This document shows positions 57,830-64,000 of a stretch of DNA of 64,000 nucleotides, in pieces. Origin of the DNA: Eledone cirrhosa (Eukaryota); assembly GCA_964016885.1 (NCBI GenBank), contig OZ024741.1:224936001-225000000 (forward strand), written 5' to 3'. Numbering within the stretch: position 1 is the first letter of the stretch; each line of letters opens with the position of its first letter. Made by a program: the position numbers and the translations under genes. A model generated the notes under the pieces. That model was given only the letters and a program-made list of their open reading frames with translations, searched no databases and was not told the origin of the DNA.

Positions 57830-60800
57830 ATCGCTATTTCAGAGCATTTATTCCAATTTCTAATTTCTGCCGGACCGGCAACCGCTCTTTCAAACCAGTT
57901 CCAGTACACAGCTAAGTATTCTATAAGTCTCTAGCTGTGTCATTCTCGATAAAAGCACTGGATATGTAGTCCTGATGAATTCTAACAAGAATGAAACGCG
58001 TAGATTACTTCCCTTGCTTTTATCGAGAATCTAATTGTAATACGTGACGTATTCTATTCTATAGCGATTAGGTCTTCAAAATGTTTATTATAAACATACA
58101 GAATATTTTCGAATATTCTATGTCTATACTCACATATATATCGCTATTTCAGAGCATTTATTCCAATTTCTAATTTCTGCCGGACCGGCAACCGCTCTTT
58201 CAAACCAGTTCCAGTACACAGCTAAGTATTCTATAAGTCTCTAGCTGTGTCATTCTCGATAAAAGCACTGGATATGTAGTCCTGATGAATTCTAACAAGA
58301 ATGAAACGCGTAGATTACTTCCCTTGCTTTTATCGAGAATCTAATTGTAATACGTGACGTATTCTATTCTATAGCGATTAGGTCTTCAAAATGTTTATTA
58401 TAAACATACAGAATATTTTCGAATATTCTATGTCTATACTCACATATATATCGCTATTTCAGAGCATTTATTCCAATTTCTAATTTCTGCCGGACCGGCA
58501 ACCGCTCTTTCAAACCAGTTCCAGTACACAGCTAAGTATTCTATAAGTCTCTAGCTGTGTCATTCTCGATAAAAGCACTGGATATGTAGTCCTGATGAAT
58601 TCTAACAAGAATGAAACGCGTAGATTACTTCCCTTGCTTTTATCGAGAATCTAATTGTAATACGTGACGTATTCTATTCTATAGCGATTAGGTCTTCAAA
58701 ATGTTTATTATAAACATACAGAATATTTTCGAATATTCTATGTCTATACTCACATATATATCGCTATTTCAGAGCATTTATTCCAATTTCTAATTTCTGC
58801 CGGACCGGCAACCGCTCTTTCAAACCAGTTCCAGTACACAGCTAAGTATTCTATAAGTCTCTAGCTGTGTCATTCTCGATAAAAGCACTGGATATGTAGT
58901 CCTGATGAATTCTAACAAGAATGAAACGCGTAGATTACTTCCCTTGCTTTTATCGAGAATCTAATTGTAATACGTGACGTATTCTATTCTATAGCGATTA
59001 GGTCTTCAAAATGTTTATTATAAACATACAGAATATTTTCGAATATTCTATGTCTATACTCACATATATATCGCTATTTCAGAGCATTTATTCCAATTTC
59101 TAATTTCTGCCGGACCGGCAACCGCTCTTTCAAACCAGTTCCAGTACACAGCTAAGTATTCTATAAGTCTCTAGCTGTGTCATTCTCGATAAAAGCACTG
59201 GATATGTAGTCCTGATGAATTCTAACAAGAATGAAACGCGTAGATTACTTCCCTTGCTTTTATCGAGAATCTAATTGTAATACGTGACGTATTCTATTCT
59301 ATAGCGATTAGGTCTTCAAAATGTTTATTATAAACATACAGAATATTTTCGAATATTCTATGTCTATACTCACATATATATCGCTATTTCAGAGCATTTA
59401 TTCCAATTTCTAATTTCTGCCGGACCGGCAACCGCTCTTTCAAACCAGTTCCAGTACACAGCTAAGTATTCTATAAGTCTCTAGCTGTGTCATTCTCGAT
59501 AAAAGCACTGGATATGTAGTCCTGATGAATTCTAACAAGAATGAAACGCGTAGATTACTTCCCTTGCTTTTATCGAGAATCTAATTGTAATACGTGACGT
59601 ATTCTATTCTATAGCGATTAGGTCTTCAAAATGTTTATTATAAACATACAGAATATTTTCGAATATTCTATGTCTATACTCACATATATATCGCTATTTC
59701 AGAGCATTTATTCCAATTTCTAATTTCTGCCGGACCGGCAACCGCTCTTTCAAACCAGTTCCAGTACACAGCTAAGTATTCTATAAGTCTCTAGCTGTGT
59801 CATTCTCGATAAAAGCACTGGATATGTAGTCCTGATGAATTCTAACAAGAATGAAACGCGTAGATTACTTCCCTTGCTTTTATCGAGAATCTAATTGTAA
59901 TACGTGACGTATTCTATTCTATAGCGATTAGGTCTTCAAAATGTTTATTATAAACATACAGAATATTTTCGAATATTCTATGTCTATACTCACATATATA
60001 TCGCTATTTCAGAGCATTTATTCCAATTTCTAATTTCTGCCGGACCGGCAACCGCTCTTTCAAACCAGTTCCAGTACACAGCTAAGTATTCTATAAGTCT
60101 CTAGCTGTGTCATTCTCGATAAAAGCACTGGATATGTAGTCCTGATGAATTCTAACAAGAATGAAACGCGTAGATTACTTCCCTTGCTTTTATCGAGAAT
60201 CTAATTGTAATACGTGACGTATTCTATTCTATAGCGATTAGGTCTTCAAAATGTTTATTATAAACATACAGAATATTTTCGAATATTCTATGTCTATACT
60301 CACATATATATCGCTATTTCAGAGCATTTATTCCAATTTCTAATTTCTGCCGGACCGGCAACCGCTCTTTCAAACCAGTTCCAGTACACAGCTAAGTATT
60401 CTATAAGTCTCTAGCTGTGTCATTCTCGATAAAAGCACTGGATATGTAGTCCTGATGAATTCTAACAAGAATGAAACGCGTAGATTACTTCCCTTGCTTT
60501 TATCGAGAATCTAATTGTAATACGTGACGTATTCTATTCTATAGCGATTAGGTCTTCAAAATGTTTATTATAAACATACAGAATATTTTCGAATATTCTA
60601 TGTCTATACTCACATATATATCGCTATTTCAGAGCATTTATTCCAATTTCTAATTTCTGCCGGACCGGCAACCGCTCTTTCAAACCAGTTCCAGTACACA
60701 GCTAAGTATTCTATAAGTCTCTAGCTGTGTCATTCTCGATAAAAGCACTGGATATGTAGTCCTGATGAATTCTAACAAGAATGAAACGCGTAGATTACTT

Positions 60801-61886
60801 CCCTTGCTTTTATCGAGAATCTAATTGTAATACGTGACGTATTCTATTCTATAGCGATTAGGTCTTCAAAATGTTTATTATAAACATACAGAATATTTTC
60901 GAATATTCTATGTCTATACTCACATATATATCGCTATTTCAGAGCATTTATTCCAATTTCTAATTTCTGCCGGACCGGCAACCGCTCTTTCAAACCAGTT
61001 CCAGTACACAGCTAAGTATTCTATAAGTCTCTAGCTGTGTCATTCTCGATAAAAGCACTGGATATGTAGTCCTGATGAATTCTAACAAGAATGAAACGCG
61101 TAGATTACTTCCCTTGCTTTTATCGAGAATCTAATTGTAATACGTGACGTATTCTATTCTATAGCGATTAGGTCTTCAAAATGTTTATTATAAACATACA
61201 GAATATTTTCGAATATTCTATGTCTATACTCACATATATATCGCTATTTCAGAGCATTTATTCCAATTTCTAATTTCTGCCGGACCGGCAACCGCTCTTT
61301 CAAACCAGTTCCAGTACACAGCTAAGTATTCTATAAGTCTCTAGCTGTGTCATTCTCGATAAAAGCACTGGATATGTAGTCCTGATGAATTCTAACAAGA
61401 ATGAAACGCGTAGATTACTTCCCTTGCTTTTATCGAGAATCTAATTGTAATACGTGACGTATTCTATTCTATAGCGATTAGGTCTTCAAAATGTTTATTA
61501 TAAACATACAGAATATTTTCGAATATTCTATGTCTATACTCACATATATATCGCTATTTCAGAGCATTTATTCCAATTTCTAATTTCTGCCGGACCGGCA
61601 ACCGCTCTTTCAAACCAGTTCCAGTACACAGCTAAGTATTCTATAAGTCTCTAGCTGTGTCATTCTCGATAAAAGCACTGGATATGTAGTCCTGATGAAT
61701 TCTAACAAGAATGAAACGCGTAGATTACTTCCCTTGCTTTTATCGAGAATCTAATTGTAATACGTGACGTATTCTATTCTATAGCGATTAGGTCTTCAAA
61801 ATGTTTATTATAAACATACAGAATATTTTCGAATATTCTATGTCTATACTCACATATATATCGCTATTTCAGAGCATTTATTCCAA

Positions 61887-61893
<7 letters not shown>
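57830..61893 (+). repeat. 310-bp hammerhead-ribozyme tandem array, right arm (13 units plus partial); retrozyme-like
   Basis: The tcgctatttc marker occurs every 310 bp from 57831 to 61861. This arm is the reverse complement of the left-arm unit. Confidence 0.95.
57966..58008 (+). ncRNA. Minimal type I hammerhead ribozyme (first of 13 plus-strand copies, last at 61686-61728)
   Basis: gtagtc-CTGATGA-attct aaca agaat-GAAA-cgcg-TA-gattac. 6-bp stem I, 5-bp stem II and ACGCGT palindromic stem III. Predicted cleavage after GUA at 58002. Confidence 0.92.
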
Positions 61894-61930
<37 letters not shown>

Positions 61931-62029
61931 GGTTTAGCAAATAATGAAAAAGTTTCAAAATAAATTTTAAAAAATTGACTTTACCTACTATAGTTACCTT
62001 TACCGATCGGTTTCGAATCCCAAAAATAA

Positions 62030-62131
62030 TTAATATATACACATACATGTATATAATGTGAAATGAAACTGGAAGGCCCATATATATATACGTATGTGTG
62101 TGTATATATATAAATGTGTGCGTGTGCATAC

Positions 62132-62191
<60 letters not shown>

Positions 62192-62650
62192 ATATGTATG
62201 TGGGTGTCTGATTTATATAAACTTGTCATACACACACATATATAAATATACACAACAACACCACTAGCTCTCTCTCTCTCTCTTCCATTCTCCTTCTCTG
62301 TGTCCTCCCCCTATCTCTATGTCTCTCTTTCTCACTCCCTTTGTTTATGAAGGTACCCGGAAAAATCCCATATCTCGGGAACCCGTGGTCCGATTTATGC
62401 GAAACTTGTTTTATTCCATTTGTATTCTCATTTCAGGGGCAACTTCATTTCAAAGTATTTTCCCATTATGCGCCCTTTTGGCTGTATTACATTACAGACA
62501 AGCAAGCAAGCAATCACAGAATTTTAGTAATATACTAGACCACCCGTGACCCGTTGGGTCATGTTCACTTAAAAATAATTCTTAAATAATTAAAATATAC
62601 ACAAAATGTATATAATGTAAAATGACATTAGAAAGCGTGTACGTAGGTCT
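62030..62650 (-). mobile_element. Possible head-to-tail Helitron-like elements
   Basis: Minus strand reads tgaccc-aac-gggtca hairpin then CTAG at 62535, directly joined to tatattactaaaattctg. 62048-62076 resembles 62607-62635. Confidence 0.4.
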
Positions 62651-63253
62651 CTCTGGAAATAGGGTTGGGTGGTGGTGAGGGTATTTCGTAGCCGTGGGGG
62701 GGGGGGGGGGGGCTGTGACCCCAAACATTTTAGAACCTCTGATCTACGATGTCATTTCTTTTTCTCAAAAGTATAGGGTGTTTGGGAGTGATTTGGTTGC
62801 TATTTCTAGCCGGTCAAGTGATTATGTAGATCTTGCCTACTTGGTTCCTCATATGTTGTTGTTATTGTTGTTTTACTCCAGGTTAATGCTGATTTGTTGT
62901 TGTTATTGTCACTACAGCTGTTGCTGTTGTTGCTACTGTTGTTGTTGTTGCTGCTGCTAGTGTTTTGTTGTTGTTGTTGTTGTTGATGCTGTTGTGTTAC
63001 ACCACGTCAGCCACGATGAAACAGATATGTGATAAATAGTTATTCCAGTTTCTAGGCATTTCAATGTGTCCTTTTGTTAGATGTGATTTAAAGACTTGGC
63101 TACTATTTCTAGCAGGTCGAATGACCACATGAAGTCGCTTTCGTTAACTCACAGTGGTTTTAGATTTGTCGTTAAAATTGTTATACTTGTACATATCTTT
63201 ATTGTTATAATTATTGTTGTTGTGGAGTTTATTACTATTATCATAAGGGCGAT

Positions 63254-63438
63254 GGATTGGCAGTATCGGTAGAGAGTCGGGCGCCATGCTTTGCAGCACA
63301 GAGTTATGACCCTTTACGTTCTTATTTCAAATCATGCCGAGGTTAACTTTGCCTTTCATTCTTACGGGATCGATAAAATAAAGTACCAGTAATGCACTGG
63401 GTGATTGCTGGCCTTGTGCCAAAAGTAGAAAGAATTAT
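63254..63438 (+). mobile_element. Full-length tRNA-derived SINE copy
   Basis: Colinear with the 192-bp unit at 872-1063. Confidence 0.85.
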
Positions 63439-63699
63439 TAAATATTAACCAAGATATAAAAAAAATTCGATATGCGATAAACATAACATGTACATAAATT
63501 ATAGCGCATATACAAATAGATGTGTATTTTGGTAGTTTAGGGAGTTCCACCGCCCCTGACTTGTAAGTATCTTTATTGTTATAATTACTGTTGTACATGA
63601 AACATCAAAGGAAAGATACATAAATATCACATAAAATGGAACCAGTCATAGATTTTCTATTCCAGCTTCTATCAATGCAATTGTAACCTATGCAAACAT

Positions 63700-64000
63700 A
63701 AAAGAACAGTCGGACTCCCATTGTCATCGCCTCCATCTCTCTGGCCCTCCCCATCTCTCTGTATGGTGAACAAATGGGATCCTACATGCTGGCCTCCCCA
63801 CAGCACCGGCGGACAGAATGGAGAAGGCGTTTCCCGGGAGGAGGGTAAGAGATATGCGCTGGAAGAGCCATTCCAACTCGCGAGGCTCACACCTGTGACT
63901 GGCCAGTTCAGCGCCTATGATGGTGGGTAGGGAGGTAGCCCTAGGGCCAAGGACACCAGAAGTCTCCACTGCCAAGGGCACGACCGTGAACCTGTCGGAG
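63700..64000 (-). pseudogene. CRE-like non-LTR retrotransposon REL endonuclease C-terminus (runs off the window)
   Basis: PLAVETSGVLGPRA...WLFQRISLTLLPGNAFSIL resembles the P.A.ET.G..G...QR.S....GNA signature. Confidence 0.7.

Noticed and set aside
56254-61893. 310-bp array as CRISPR, rDNA/5S or coding repeat
   Set aside because: No spacers, no rRNA similarity recognised and only short ORFs. The hammerhead explains it better.

Overview
Repeat-saturated, AT-rich eukaryotic DNA with no recognisable host gene. The (TA)n/(CA)n/(TATG)n load, the tRNA-derived SINE families and the PHD-bearing RTE LINE suggest an octopus-like cephalopod genome (inference). Almost all ORFs in the track are microsatellite read-throughs. 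The real coding remnants are all transposon-derived: R4/Dong-like REL ends (6.0-6.7 kb), Tx1/L1 3' ends (7.6-8.8 and 21.0-21.4 kb), a Helitron helicase fragment (24.8-24.9 kb), CRE-like REL ends (38.0 and 63.7-64.0 kb), a 5'-truncated RTE LINE (49.3-51.8 kb) and a Penelope-like thumb/GIY-YIG ORF (54.2-55.2 kb). The main observation is non-coding. At 56.25-61.89 kb there is an array of 18 apparently identical 310-bp units, each carrying a canonical minimal type I hammerhead ribozyme. Five units face left and 13 face right, and both ends abut (TA)n. About a dozen other short insertions from several unrelated families show the same design: two divergent arms, the hammerhead (or GAAA-core) strand pointing outward, and usually (TA)n flanks. 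This looks like a population of retrozyme/Penelope pLTR-type ribozyme elements inserted into microsatellites by twin-primed, and in one case rolling-circle, reverse transcription.
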